From: Babesia bigemina
Taxonomy: Eukaryota
Direction: 5' to 3'
NCBI RefSeq assembly: GCF_000981445.1
Contig: NC_027218.1
Coordinates: 62,001-126,000, forward strand
DNA length: 64,000 nucleotides
The position numbers and the translations under genes are program-made. Shown one piece after another: positions 49,801 to 59,735 of this stretch (positions are counted from its first letter, which is position 1; every line of letters starts with the position of its first letter). The notes beneath the pieces are model-generated. The model did no database searches. It was not told the DNA's origin and saw nothing but the letters and a program-made list of their open reading frames with translations.

Positions 49801-52524
49801 CAGCACTGCGGCAATATGCCGGTTATCCGGGGTTTGTGATGACTTGTTATCGCCTGGCTGTGGATTCATGGCAAGTCCGAATTCTTGGTACCGTATATCA
49901 CGAATCAACATCTTACCCCGCGTTGCCAGCTCAGGATCGGTTGTTCCCCAGAGTTGCGAATGTAGATGAGCTGCGTCGGAAGCAGTCACTCCCGGAGTGC
50001 CCCCAGTTTTCGGTGTTGACGGAGTTATGTTGTGTCCACGTGTAGGCACTCCTTTTTCAGGTTTAGGGATGGTATCAATACCGCCATTATCTGTGTCGTG
50101 GGCCTTTTCGACAATGAGGTCCACATACCTTTTTTCCTGTGCCAGTGAAAACTTCATTGTAGGCCACTTGTCAACTTGATCAAGTAGGACATATGCAGAA
50201 ACTTGTTCGTTCTCTGCTTTGTTGTGATGGGCATTCTCTACATTTACGCTGACAGAAGGGCTTACGGTGACGGGCCCTTGCTTATTATCAAGTGCACAAT
50301 ACGTCTCTGAGCTCTTATAGTCGGGCGCTGCACAAATGCTTGATACTTGAGTCGTTTGCTGAACTTCTGGGATGACTGCATCTCTAACATCAGCTCGTGG
50401 CAGAGCCGCCGAATAGACAATCGGAGATGGTGTACAGCTGCCTTTGTTCACCGTCTTCAATGACTTGTATTTGGCCGTTTGCTCATTTGACACTTTGGGC
50501 GCTTCTTCGCACCCTGTACCGCTCGTTGCAAGAATACCCTTGGCCTTTTCACAATACACGCTGGCAGGAATATTGAAGAAGGAGCCAATTAAGAGCAATT
50601 TTTCGCGCACCGAATCACTCATTCGCCCTTTTGTGATAAGATTGTACATGTGAATCGCAACGTGGCGCATGCTTTTATTGCCAAAAGCATCGGTGTTATC
50701 GAAGTAGGCGGAGCAGAACGGTAGTATCAGCATCTCTGGCATCAAACCAATACATTCTGCGACAAATAATGCCCCGGGCACATTCAAAGATTGCGATAGG
50801 AATAGCGAATTAACGGCGTTGGTGAGTGCAGACATAGGAGGTAAGAGAGAAATCTTCTTTACCGAAACCAGTAGTGTCAGCCCATGGGCACAGAAGGACC
50901 TCGGATCATTGTTATTGATCGCAGAGATCATTACCTGCAGAATATCGCAGGGCGATGCGAACCCTTTTGGGGAAGGTACTTTTATCGCAGAATCGTTTTT
51001 TAGCGTGATGAACATCATGTCACCTAGAACATCCAGCGGGAAATTTTCCAACACACCTTTCAGTGTTCCGTGGTTCATCTGATGTGTCACAGACCACTTG
51101 GTAACGCGATGGATATCTGCCATCATAGGTGAGGCGATGATCTGGTCGTACAGCTCCCGCATCTTTACCGCGCTCTTTGGATCATCCTCGGCCCGCATTA
51201 GCTGCGATGGTGGCTTACGCCTCTCAATGTAATCATAACCAAGTGCATATCCGTCCACGATCGGCGACACCTTTTGATCCTTGCAGTGATTTTCAAGGGC
51301 ATTCGAGATCGTTTTCCTCAGAGCCTTATGACCCTTTTTTGACCTTGCATTGATTCCGTAATCTTCTTCCAATATTCTACGAAACATTGGCACCATGGAC
51401 GTAATGTTCTGAACCATATCTTGCTCGTTAGACGGCTCAGGGAGCGGGCCTATATCTTCCATGAGAAAACCAAATCGCCCAAGTAATTGCCTGGATAAGA
51501 ACTCTACAGATTTATCCGGCGTTAAATCGCAACTGCACTCAACATTAGTAGTTGAAGTGGCGTTATTATCGCTCTTTTCCAGATTCGCCAGGACCTGACT
51601 GCTTTCCGGGGCCGTATGGGCCGCAGAGGGCTTATCAGACCCCCCCGCATCCCCCGTCCAACAACCGGTCCCCATCCGCTCGATATACCTGGACTTCGAC
51701 CTCCCCATTATGTCGGCATCGTGAGGCACTAATCCATAGGCAACCTGGAACAACCGGACGACGACGCCCAACAGAAGTTCCAGGAGCATACCCTCCTCCT
51801 GTGCATTATTGCAAAGAGTTTTTACTTTTGCGGCAATAGCGCTGACAACCGACTCAGTGGCGTGTTTGCTTTTCGACTTGTGCAACACCTTGATGACGTG
51901 CTGCTCAATGTTTTTCATGAGCACCACTTTCCCCACGTATCTGCGATTGTTGAATGCCAAAGCTGCGGCCATGATGTGGGAGCAGGGGAACGTGACCTTA
52001 GGGCAGCTGCAATTGAAAAAGAGCATGTCTACCATACGGCAGTTTTCCGACTGCGAGTGGACCACGTAATAATCCGTGTACAAGTGCGTGTAAACACCCC
52101 CAACCATCTGCGCTATGACCGACGCCTTGTTGAACCCATTGAATTTTTCCATGCACTTCATCCAGGCGCCATCTTCCAAGTCAGTCGCTGATACTGGCGC
52201 GCGTTCTTGTATCGGACTTTTTTGTGAGAACGGATCTGTGTTCTCTGGCTCCTTGCTTTGGTAAGCACCCCCAATTGGCGGCGAGGGTTCGCCTACCTTT
52301 GTGTCGCTGCATTGTTGGCTTAATGTGTCATTCGATGCCACTTGCGGTGGCGTGCATCCAGGATCGATCTGCACAGAAGGCGTGATATGTGTAGCGCTTG
52401 CTTTAGGTAGGCCAGCGGATAATGCGGCTGCCGGCCTGTTCAACGGCCGCTGCAGGGCGTGAGGTGCGGGGTATGAGCCATCACTGCGCGCTGGCCACGC
52501 TTGTACAAAGGGATTCTCCGCCAT
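43891..52524 (-). CDS. Giant NO VEIN/sacsin-like protein: SWIM finger + HSP90-like HATPase + C-terminal DUF3883 nuclease-like domain
   Basis: CSCPKVTFPCSHIMA (SWIM); ELLQNADD, NNERGFSEKDVRSICDIGASSK and TGKFGIGFKSVF (GHKL/sacsin-type); GYLGEEYVF..ESGLAYDL..FIEVKSS (DUF3883). Intronless ORF; first ATG at 52524. Confidence 0.85.
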   Translation of the reverse strand: MAENPFVQAWPARSDGSYPAPHALQRPLNRPAAALSAGLPKASATHITPSVQIDPGCTPPQVASNDTLSQQCSDTKVGEPSPPIGGAYQSKEPENTDPFSQKSPIQERAPVSATDLEDGAWMKCMEKFNGFNKASVIAQMVGGVYTHLYTDYYVVHSQSENCRMVDMLFFNCSCPKVTFPCSHIMAAALAFNNRRYVGKVVLMKNIEQHVIKVLHKSKSKHATESVVSAIAAKVKTLCNNAQEEGMLLELLLGVVVRLFQVAYGLVPHDADIMGRSKSRYIERMGTGCWTGDAGGSDKPSAAHTAPESSQVLANLEKSDNNATSTTNVECSCDLTPDKSVEFLSRQLLGRFGFLMEDIGPLPEPSNEQDMVQNITSMVPMFRRILEEDYGINARSKKGHKALRKTISNALENHCKDQKVSPIVDGYALGYDYIERRKPPSQLMRAEDDPKSAVKMRELYDQIIASPMMADIHRVTKWSVTHQMNHGTLKGVLENFPLDVLGDMMFITLKNDSAIKVPSPKGFASPCDILQVMISAINNNDPRSFCAHGLTLLVSVKKISLLPPMSALTNAVNSLFLSQSLNVPGALFVAECIGLMPEMLILPFCSAYFDNTDAFGNKSMRHVAIHMYNLITKGRMSDSVREKLLLIGSFFNIPASVYCEKAKGILATSGTGCEEAPKVSNEQTAKYKSLKTVNKGSCTPSPIVYSAALPRADVRDAVIPEVQQTTQVSSICAAPDYKSSETYCALDNKQGPVTVSPSVSVNVENAHHNKAENEQVSAYVLLDQVDKWPTMKFSLAQEKRYVDLIVEKAHDTDNGGIDTIPKPEKGVPTRGHNITPSTPKTGGTPGVTASDAAHLHSQLWGTTDPELATRGKMLIRDIRYQEFGLAMNPQPGDNKSSQTPDNRHIAAVLSKQRQKIARSIERLAEDLYINRTHFQLELLQNADDNDYDVESPEIAFLLDQGGIVVINNERGFSEKDVRSICDIGASSKIGSNESKTGKFGIGFKSVFLVTQSPYVFSNGYHFMFSTNPNMLYNTDYILPHWVSLGKKNNPFGYVRTMLSDPGDTVYSAFVSQFVQRHGAIPNTLMYLPFKEDVASGKHGFFSDFQQLYPLHLAFLRKLTTITLVDITQCTVTRISKKMLVRKNVRMVVNSQAQPEVSLTTASSVVLPVNMLDARFQAIMISTEVGNIFNNISTVQDTCVCMLTHNFMLGKIERLSVGLSKKSSKGCAVTVGLPLLPDVVGGKTYSVYNVLPVADYGVPFMVNADFVLSASRQNIIGGDPWNIMLTKRAGEAFALMVLIISKAFRHLPNVYRNVLYAIPGKYAGTGGFEMCCAEARQLLQHMPWVAVEGESNLTVRPSNAVIPPDNTCLMSQKDAREITRAVFDPQLLKDCCDTYYASVEFHDPYLRAAMLDVGINEMDVAFICKLMIGLRTKIDVSIPLSSQPQLAQQFFRNIGVVLCLLERMALPSDIDGIREVLLLVDSQGMLIFVDDCTVFARSGMQTEIRGVHKVVSSSLFENRWEIEGYENRVACLLERLGCIELTEKGTLSKLITTNVRKILNSRDCLSCDDILKQGRDVLHFLALNCDKLASLGPKDIEVIRSMPVVVNTGKIARLGDPLIRFCPDHISACKLMTEDNELVKHYDNIRTFAAYKDLHHMFLSDEYLEGIAKYSKPSHDGFTFKDFVDTLAHIGVFSFITYAPLHLSVDACGKYELPVFPDDIGIAVQHRITKLDSDLRQSRQFGVHRTVKDWYSPDFARVVAVVRQLHGSDPCESRGGEQTSEDKGNDVELQLRRQCAHQLSTLMYHIMIKELEIHPDYCLATLQCGDRQQPLGRSLLYYQLRHIPWLPYEECVYKSGEQLRSDGVWQVALPIALENDIGYSCTLFKRLDAQVKNELLLPKKSYDLLEILDFLCAKCGKADIESRHSTETQTDTSQWLQHWTDAPTLHRLNHSFSKEYFDSILFNEPGVLRRIIASIYNGLYRAMQEDCLFALRVRTTFHCRNLVVVFASYFKSPGSPKKPMLCTSKDPKLAIYKSIIGCEGLAVLTEDYAEFPELTGFWKALGIKQIISVEETLRILDGVTNENVCEHLETVFECIIHLYNVMDKVTFIRTIWKRECIPVTCVYADMFLCGQEGSTRSSRMDRLVAPASGIILARSWDSGSIIQKFPLDPKLGIWVASRPVVGLLYSNTSQYLKRYSTDGNLNVDDMWERVLKTLGASEFKDYCQLQCVAGSTVAQCPWPMNSYLLVALLPYVNHYLKHRMIDQYDLCCQRILYLLHRIAIVITTSEVMMVYQYRKGDVLAKSARLSGESFVHCEGIGTMKIYAVVDTMPEHFAYTADVISSAQNAAKNGKLKSLPASFFVNLAKVLLVDPAASPKDINRRFMETNEHERMLGEFMCTVYEMIRSQPKDAVDVFVKGNSNGPSGKCLCADYVAAYPRKPLGSSTTIAAGCNVTGKDTSVKKDSKADADITIKKCEAPKQLTDKVTSDPAAAKKLPLMDGYGSHLDSGDTCLKKVMDPFIYHWLYAPPVGDQFLKKAASNSGLSPAGVNARSATTAKACLPDTKNKEASKSLVPFKCDVAGSAAQTSVPVDVVNKSAQPPSAVMEVTQPVDAADDSTILLRSEVCAPHVEAADAKGDGGNVERSFTPAAKHTNVILTAANDSMHSPLHVEQNIVSVPRKDPTDHGTTVQLYHGRSTSCKEVNKHLAYMLVLSDELRSAVGSVSLYEHIPSSKYVKPTKMNRQLADRMLSKTPVDVQRITAVGYLGEEYVFDLLQVLLKSELDSKKVAISWYNKKAESGLAYDLTIRNTEGEEIFIEVKSSSCANRNYFPVTYNEWCFAQQKGARYEIFRVSGVGLDDVNVYRIVNPYSMWRSGKLKFCLSL

Positions 52525-53379
52525 TCTGCCGCATATTCCAACCAAGTCTGCGAGAAGGGAGTGGAGGCCTCAATTTCGTAAGCATCCGCAGGTTCCAGCC
52601 AGCCGTACACAGTTGCGGCATAATATTTGATTAATTACCTGCGTTTATGTACTATGTGTGCGATAAATACTGCGTGTTGAAGTGGACATTGTGAAAGAGA
52701 CGTCACGGCGGCATCTCACCGTTTATCTCACTTGTATTCGGCCTGCCAGGCTCCATTCCGACGCCATGTGTAGTACAGGTGTGATATACTGCAGTTTTTA
52801 TAGAGATGTTAAAATGTGCTGCGTCTATTCGCCACCCCCTGATGGCATGCCTAACTCTTATCCAACGCGTTGGTCTGTGTACGGTATCATGACCGAGCGG
52901 CGGGATTTCCATCGATTGCGGAACCCATTACGGCCAGCTGTGTATTCGTCACATTAATAGCGTGCGGGTGGCTGTAAAGCAGTCGTCCATACTACCGGTG
53001 TGCAGACCTGTCGCCGACGGCCAGCACTGACCAAGGAGATGCCGCCCAGCTCAACCCCGATAGGACCAAGTAAAAGCCATACCCATTAACACACGTGGCA
53101 ACGGAGTAGACAGCGCCGTTCCGGCGTGCAAAAGAAACTTATTGGCGGAGCGCGGTGTGTGTAGCAACACCGTCTTCAGGGAGAGTTCGCGCAAAATTAA
53201 GCCACGAATTAATTTAGACAATGCCCGTCACGATTACTAAAAACGCAGTCAGTGTTATATTACCATCGTGGTGTCCCCAGACACGCGCGTATCGCCGTCT
53301 ACCGGGACTTGCCACATGGGCAGGGCACAACTGCCGGCACACATAATTTACCTATCATTTTCAACAACGACTCCCCAAG

Positions 53380-54846
53380 ATGATCCCGGAAATTTCGGTC
53401 ATTCGCCAGGTGGCGGAGAACATCGAGGTCCCCTACAAGGTGACCCATTTGCTGGACGCTGACGCTGAGGTGCGTCTGGACCAAATCGTTGGCCAGCTCA
53501 GCCTTCCTATTGAGTACCTGAAGGATGTGGCGCAGAGCTTCTATGGCGAATTGGTAAACGGGTTGAAGGCACACCGCCGCCATCGTAATCTCTGGCTGCC
53601 GAACGAGTGCAGCTTCAAAATGCTTGATTCTCACATCACCACCGTCCCCACGGGCGATGAGACTGGGTGCTACTACGCCATTGACTTCGGAGGTTCTAAC
53701 CTCAGGTCTGTGCGCATCAACGTGAAGGGCAAGGGTACCATGGAGCGTATGCAGTCCACGTTCAGCCTTCGTCACGCCACGGCTCTGAGGCCCAAAGGAT
53801 TGCTCGACCGCACCGCCACTGCCACGGAACTTTTCGACCACTTCGCGAAGAGCATTGGCAACCTCATGGAAGAATCGGGTGACGCGAAGGACTCCGACAA
53901 GATTTACCCCGTGGGCTTCACCTTCTCCTTCCCCTGCACCATGCTCACCAAACGCAACGCCATCCTTCTCGACTGGACCAAGGGTTTCGAAACTGGTCGC
54001 GACACCAACGAGCAGGTGGAGGGCCGCGACATTGGTATGCTGATGGACGAAGCCTTCAAGCGCAACAAGGTGAACGGCAGGGTGTCCATCATTCTCAACG
54101 ACACCGTCGGCACCCTCATGTCCGTGGCTTACCAGAAGCCGCAGGGCTACCCCGAATGCCGCATCGGTCTCATCTTAGGCACTGGGTTCAACGTGTGCTA
54201 CGTCGAGCACGAGTACCTCCGCTATGGTTACGTTGGAAAGGTCATCAACATCGAGTGCGGTAACTTCGACAAGGAGCTGCCCATCACCCCCGTGGACTAC
54301 GAAATCGACTGGTACACGTCGAACAGCGGCCGCGGCAAAATGGAGAAGCTGATTGCCGGAGCCTACCTCGGTGAAATCATCCGCCGCAACATGATCATCT
54401 ACCTGAGCGAGAGGGCCACCGCCCAAATGTGGAAGGTTGGCACCTTCACCGCCGTCGACGCCGCGGACATCCTCAACGACAAATCCGACGACCACGCCAA
54501 GGCGCGCGAAATTGCGAAGAGATGCTGGGGCGCTGACTTCGACGAGAAGTCGCTGAAGGGTCTGCGCCGTATTTGTGAAGCTGTGTTCGACAGGTCGGCG
54601 GGTCTGGCCGCGGCTGCCATCGTGGCCACTGCGCGCAGGACTCTCGCCCACGCCACGAGCAAGATCACGTGCGCCGTGGATGGTTCTCTGTACGTGAAGA
54701 ACGAGTGGTACCGCGAGCGCATGCTCTACTACATGGAGAAGGTATCCAGGGCCGACCTTGTCGGTTCTGTGATCATGTACGCGTGCGACGACGGCTCTGG
54801 CAAGGGTGCTGCCATTGCGGCGGCCATGATCAAAGACGACGAGTGA
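53380..54846 (+). CDS. HK: Hexokinase
   Basis: AIDFGGSNLR, VGFTFSFPC, LLDWTKGF, ILNDTVGTL, GLILGTGFN, INIECGNF and DDGSGKGAA; strong codon bias. Confidence 0.97.
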   Translation: MIPEISVIRQVAENIEVPYKVTHLLDADAEVRLDQIVGQLSLPIEYLKDVAQSFYGELVNGLKAHRRHRNLWLPNECSFKMLDSHITTVPTGDETGCYYAIDFGGSNLRSVRINVKGKGTMERMQSTFSLRHATALRPKGLLDRTATATELFDHFAKSIGNLMEESGDAKDSDKIYPVGFTFSFPCTMLTKRNAILLDWTKGFETGRDTNEQVEGRDIGMLMDEAFKRNKVNGRVSIILNDTVGTLMSVAYQKPQGYPECRIGLILGTGFNVCYVEHEYLRYGYVGKVINIECGNFDKELPITPVDYEIDWYTSNSGRGKMEKLIAGAYLGEIIRRNMIIYLSERATAQMWKVGTFTAVDAADILNDKSDDHAKAREIAKRCWGADFDEKSLKGLRRICEAVFDRSAGLAAAAIVATARRTLAHATSKITCAVDGSLYVKNEWYRERMLYYMEKVSRADLVGSVIMYACDDGSGKGAAIAAAMIKDDE

Positions 54847-55073
54847 GTAAGTTGCTTGAAGTGTGCAAAACCTAATATTTACACGCACCGCCGTTAACTA
54901 CCGTTTCACCACGTCGATATGAAAGCCGAAGTGATCAATTATTGAGGTCGATATGGTTCTTAGTCGACGGCTATTTATAACACGTCTATGCGGGTGTGCG
55001 CTCATCTAGTTCCATTAAATGTTAAAACCCCCGTAGGGCAATGAATATTTTACTTTAATTTCTGGTATTTACA

Positions 55074-55978
55074 ATGCCGCGAGGCGGTCATCGTGGCTGC
55101 CTGTTCGCAGTTAGCGGGCGCGCTTTGACTGCCTTCGGTCGACGGCGCAGGCGCGGTCTCTACCATCACTGCACCAACGAGCTGTTTCGCCCCGCCTGGG
55201 GACCAGTGCGTCAACCGGCGCTGCTGATGGACGCTCAGCTGCCCAACTGGGCGTCAGACACCCTGTCTCCAGCCGAGAAGTTGCCGCCCAAACCGCAGTA
55301 CAGCCGCGACGCCAGGTCGGCTTGGCCGCAGGAAAGTAGGTGCCGCCTGCGGACGCCCGTAATCTGTTGCAGGGTCGTCCTTCCTGCTCAACATGTATCG
55401 CAGGAACGTCAAGCGCTACTTCCATCCCGCAGCGGCTGCGAACGATGACCACGTGCGCAATTACATCTATGAAGTGCTGGAACCCAGCTATCGCAAGTGC
55501 TTCAGCGGCATCGGAGTGGACTTCATGAGGCAGGTAAGGTGCTGTGGCAGTGTTATCATTGCGCGAAGTCGTCGAACCCCGCGCGGCACATCGCCGACCT
55601 GGTCAAGGACGTCAACGCAGTGTCGGCACCCACCCTCGACCTACGGTACCGGGAAGAGGCTGCACCCAGGTAGGCTCGATTTGAAACCGAGACACAAAGC
55701 CCAGATTCAAGCGCATGGAAAGCCTAGTGCGACAGTCGGAGGCCTGGCGCAGCGTCGCGCCCATGCAGGAGGCGTCCGCCAACCCGTTCCCTCACGTTAA
55801 CGAGAGCGCATCCCTCGTTCGGAACCTCGGCGTGGCGGACGTGCTACACACGAAAAGCAACCACCGCCTTGCCAGGCGCGCACATCCCAAGTGGTATACT
55901 GCCAGGTATCGCAAGTTCATGGACAAGAAGCGGCTGCAAGAGAAGTTACGGCAACTGAAAATTGAGACGGGGGCGTAG
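55074..55978 (+). CDS. Hypothetical basic protein, possibly mitochondrial (multi-exon)
   Basis: Arg-rich presequence-like N-terminus, ORF pieces linked by short GT-AG introns, basic C-terminus KWYTARYRKFMDKKRLQEKL. Confidence 0.55.
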
Positions 55979-56477
55979 TCACTCGGAGTCGGAGTAGCCG
56001 TGAATAATACACTTCCCCGGCGCAGATTTGTTGGTAGCTCCACCCGTTGTACTTGGCGACTTCGGAAGTTCCGAACCTGGCTCTGGGTTTCGGCTCTCCG
56101 GCGGTGCCGATTGTGGCGCATCGACAAAAAGTTGGCGCACGTGATCTGGCACGTTGCTCTTCACAAACTCGGACAGAGCTCCGCCATCGTTGCGCTTCAG
56201 ACACCTGTAGCATTCGTGCAGCGGGTGGCTGGGATCCAGGAACGGCACTTGCTCGTTAGCTGGGTGAATCTTAAGTCTGAACTCGAAAGCTTCTCCCTCC
56301 TGCGAGCACATTGGGTAACACATCGCAAATTTAGTATATTTACTTGTGTATATAGCTTACCTTCCTCACCATACACGCCGTATAGGCCATGTCTAGGAGG
56401 ACTGCGCGATCCGGCGTACGCCCAGCTGGAATCACGCGCAGCAGCTGCGGAGGCAGCTCAGGATCGCGATCCCCCAT
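55979..56477 (-). CDS. Small SURP/SWAP-domain protein (two exons)
   Basis: Spliced DMAYTACMVRK-EGEAFEFRLKIHPANEQVPFLDPSHPLHECY matches the SURP module pattern (TA.FV...G..FE.......FL.P..P.H.YY). Confidence 0.6.
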
Positions 56478-56983
56478 CAACAGAAGTGCGTTATAACATC
56501 TCTATTGCTGCTAAACGTACAACATAGCTCAGGATTGGAGGAACAGTACCCGTCGCCACCGCGCGATGTCGTGTTGCCCGTTATTGGCATGTAATGGACA
56601 CACACTTCACTGTACAAACATGATCACTCTAAATCGTATAATGGAGCATCGTAATGGCCTTCGTTGAGTGGAATTCCTGGCACCGGCAGATCGGCAACCG
56701 GATGTGTTAGGCTTCACAGCGTGTGATCCAAGAAAACGCCGACATCGCAAAACCGCATCCTTCGTCGAATATGACGAGCCTGGTGTTCATCGTAGCTACC
56801 ATACTTGGGTGTGTATCGCAAACTGACGGGTCGCGTATAAGGAAGAGTTACACAGGTACGTAGTTGCGTAATGTGTGTTGTACTCTTGAACGTCAGCTCA
56901 CACACCACTTGATGAACTCCAATGTGGTTTAAGTAGTTACATGATATCGTATTCAACTGTTAGAAGCGCTTCTTCCTCTGTCT

Positions 56984-57918
56984 ATGCCCGTTACTTTTGC
57001 GGTGTACCGACACGGTGGTACATGCAGATGTCGTTTTCGTCGCAAATTCTGTGCACAGTGTGCTGTATATGCCATTAAAACATGTCTATGTGTTGCTTCT
57101 AGTGTTATAAGTTATATGAGCTGGACTATATTGCCATAATAACGCTGCAGATACGCAACTCGACCTCTTCAAAGGTTACTAGAAGGGTGGTGTGTGGCAT
57201 TTTTTGCAGATATCGCCAAGAATTTGAAGGAAGAGAGCGAGCATATACCCACCACAGCCCAAGTGGTAAGTGTGCAGTCGTACGGTTATAACAGTAATCA
57301 GGTTGAGAACATGAAACGGTTGGAAACACGGCAGCCTCCGCATATTGTGTTGCAGATTGGACGACGCGGAATTCAAAAGGCTGGACGAGCGGATTGCGAA
57401 GGAAACTGCGCAGCTCAGCGAAGAGCACAGCAGGTGGGAACGAGCGCAGCGGTGGTTCACATTGTGTTAGCTGTGGCACTGTAAATTACGAAAGGGATTA
57501 CTCGCATGCATGTCCCTCAGGTGAGGTTGCACATATGTGGCATGAATGTCGCACAGAATGGACTCTGCAGGCAGACGGCTCATGCTGGTAATGATTTCGC
57601 TATATGATGCGTTTGCAATGAGCACAGGGGCGAGCATTACACGGGACCGTGTGAGGCCATACAAACCTTCAAACTGTTCACTAAGGCCGACAAAACCAAA
57701 TTTGTGAGTCTCCTACTTGTCTCTGAACGGTTTGAAATCGTCTCAGGAGCACAGATGCTGCGCATTCTGGCCTGCTCGCGGATCGCGTAAAAGAAGCGTT
57801 TCGACGTCGGCGCTGATCGGCGGGTTGCACGGCATCGTAAGTAAAGCTGCGTCGAAGCCACGTACATTGCGTGCAGGTCGATCCGCACGACGGGCATATC
57901 GTCCCTCCACGCCAGTGA
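56984..57918 (+). CDS. CPW-WPC family protein encoded by micro-exons
   Basis: Spliced peptides ERDYSHACPS-EWTLQADGSCW-GEHYTGPCEAIQTFKLFTKADKTKF-EHRCCAFWP, then DPHDGHIVPPRQ*, match the CPW-WPC consensus (RDYS..CP..W...C...Y.GPC....F......K..F...C...WP). Start uncertain. Confidence 0.7.
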
Positions 57919-57932
57919 TACACCAAGATACA

Positions 57933-59735
57933 TTACAGCTTAATGTTTACGTGCAAACGTGGCTGCAGCCTGAAAGCGGGGGTTAAAATCCCCGTGCCCG
58001 GTTTCGCCTCGGCGACATCACGGTCGTTTGCGTACCTGATTTAGTTTTGCAAGTATTGCGTACAATGTAACCTACCCCACGGTCAGAAGCAAGGGGCCCA
58101 ATTGGTAGTTGATGTATCCCTGTCTATTGCCGTAGCCGTGTTCACGCAGCATACAAGAGAGTCCGAGCGTAAAGTTCATGCCGCGCTTCTTTTTCCTCTT
58201 GGCATGGTTCCTTTCAATCGCTTTCTCGTGTTTCTAAATCGCAATAAGCTGTGAGACTAACACACCTACCGCATACATGGTCGGTTTCGGCAAACCGGTG
58301 TGCACGGAGACTATGGCTTCGAGCTTTTCCCGTAACTGGTCTCGCGCATCACCTATAGTTTCTTCCACCCACGTGGGCAGGGGCATCTTATTCGATAGGG
58401 ATGCCATCGCATCTGCAATCTTTCGGTCATGATCTGCGATAATTCTGTTAACAAGGGCCTCTGCGTCCTGCTTGGGATCTTTTCCAAGCTCATTCCTCAA
58501 CTGCTCTTTCGCCGATGAGGCGGCCATAAGAACGATTCTCAGATACGCGTCGTTGGCGAAAAGAGACAGGCGCTTGTATTCCTGGTCCACGTAACGTGAC
58601 ACAATATCGTCGTGCTGCTGCAATTGATCATATTTCCAGACCCCATACTTACGGTCATATTGCGTGTCCGGAGGAAAAACGATAGAATCGCGTCAATCAT
58701 GCTAGACTGCATTATTGAGGTCAAATTTGATTTTGGTGTCCCCTTGTACAGTTCCCCTAATCTATCCTTGACGTATGTATGATGCGATGCGAAGCAAGCT
58801 TCATGTATTTGGGCCAGTGTAGTAGCGATCTCGTTGGCTCCCTGAACCATCGAAATAGCCGTTGCGATGTCTGTTGTGCCTATTTTACGGGTACTGGTAG
58901 ACCTACCACTAGGGTTGCAAGGTGTTTCCGACTGGCTAATAGACCTATATACGCTCTCCTCCTCACCGCATGACTTGAAAATAAACTTGGGGCTCTTGTG
59001 TACAATGTCTGACAGGTGAACTTTGAATTGCTCGTAAGCCGAAACATCCTCCGCAGAAGAACCTGGTTTTATGGTGTCTAGATCTGGTATAAATATGTAG
59101 ACAGTCGGACCTCGCTTAGTGTCCACTAGTTTGGACAGGTCCTTCAGCAACGTCCTCGCAGCTCGGGAGAGGTGGAATGACTTACCGCCACGCCGGATGT
59201 CCGAACGATTCAGGTGCACCACAACGGCACCTGATCGCTGACACAAGCGCAGCAACGGCTGCCTGTCCAAACCTCTACCCAAATCGTTGGTGGCGGCAGG
59301 TATGTCCACGTCGACAACGAGGGTGCAGCGGTCGGGCTGCTTCAACTCCCAGAGGTCGGCCCGCGGCCTCAAAGGCCCTCCCAAGGCGGCAGATTTCGCC
59401 GCGTCTATACCGAAGGCATCATGCAACGCTTTGCGTTGTGGCCAGCTGCTGGCGCCTATGCATGAAACCAGCGAACAGTTCCTTTCCTTGGTGTCTCTAA
59501 TCCTGGAGACCAGGTTGCTTCTTGGCATGGCAGAGGTATCTCCATTGAGCGAATGCTACCACCGCATGACATCATTAGAATCGGCATGCAAGCATTCATA
59601 AACCACGTCAAGTTTACATTACCGAAGTCATCGAAACACGTCTATGTAGTCTCCACCTACCTTACGCAACGTAGAAACGCAGAAGCAGCCGCTGAGCACG
59701 AGCACTCCTATGTAAGGTAAAACGCCATATCTCAT
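57933..59735 (-). CDS. Signal-peptide protein of unknown function (multi-exon)
   Basis: MRYGVLPYIGVLVLSGCFCVS leader; ORFs 58539-59528 and 58234-58623; final exons GYGNRQGYINYQLGPLLLTVG-YANDRD..FRLQPRLHVNIKL*. Confidence 0.65.

Noticed and set aside
54175..54888. 237-aa antisense ORF over hexokinase (also 5889-6374, 14491-15012, 62209-62814)
   Set aside because: Stop-poor shadow frames caused by codon bias of the real genes on the other strand.
57194..57484. Hop2/TBPIP-like coiled-coil gene
   Set aside because: Downstream exons show the CPW-WPC motif, and no winged-helix N-terminus was found.
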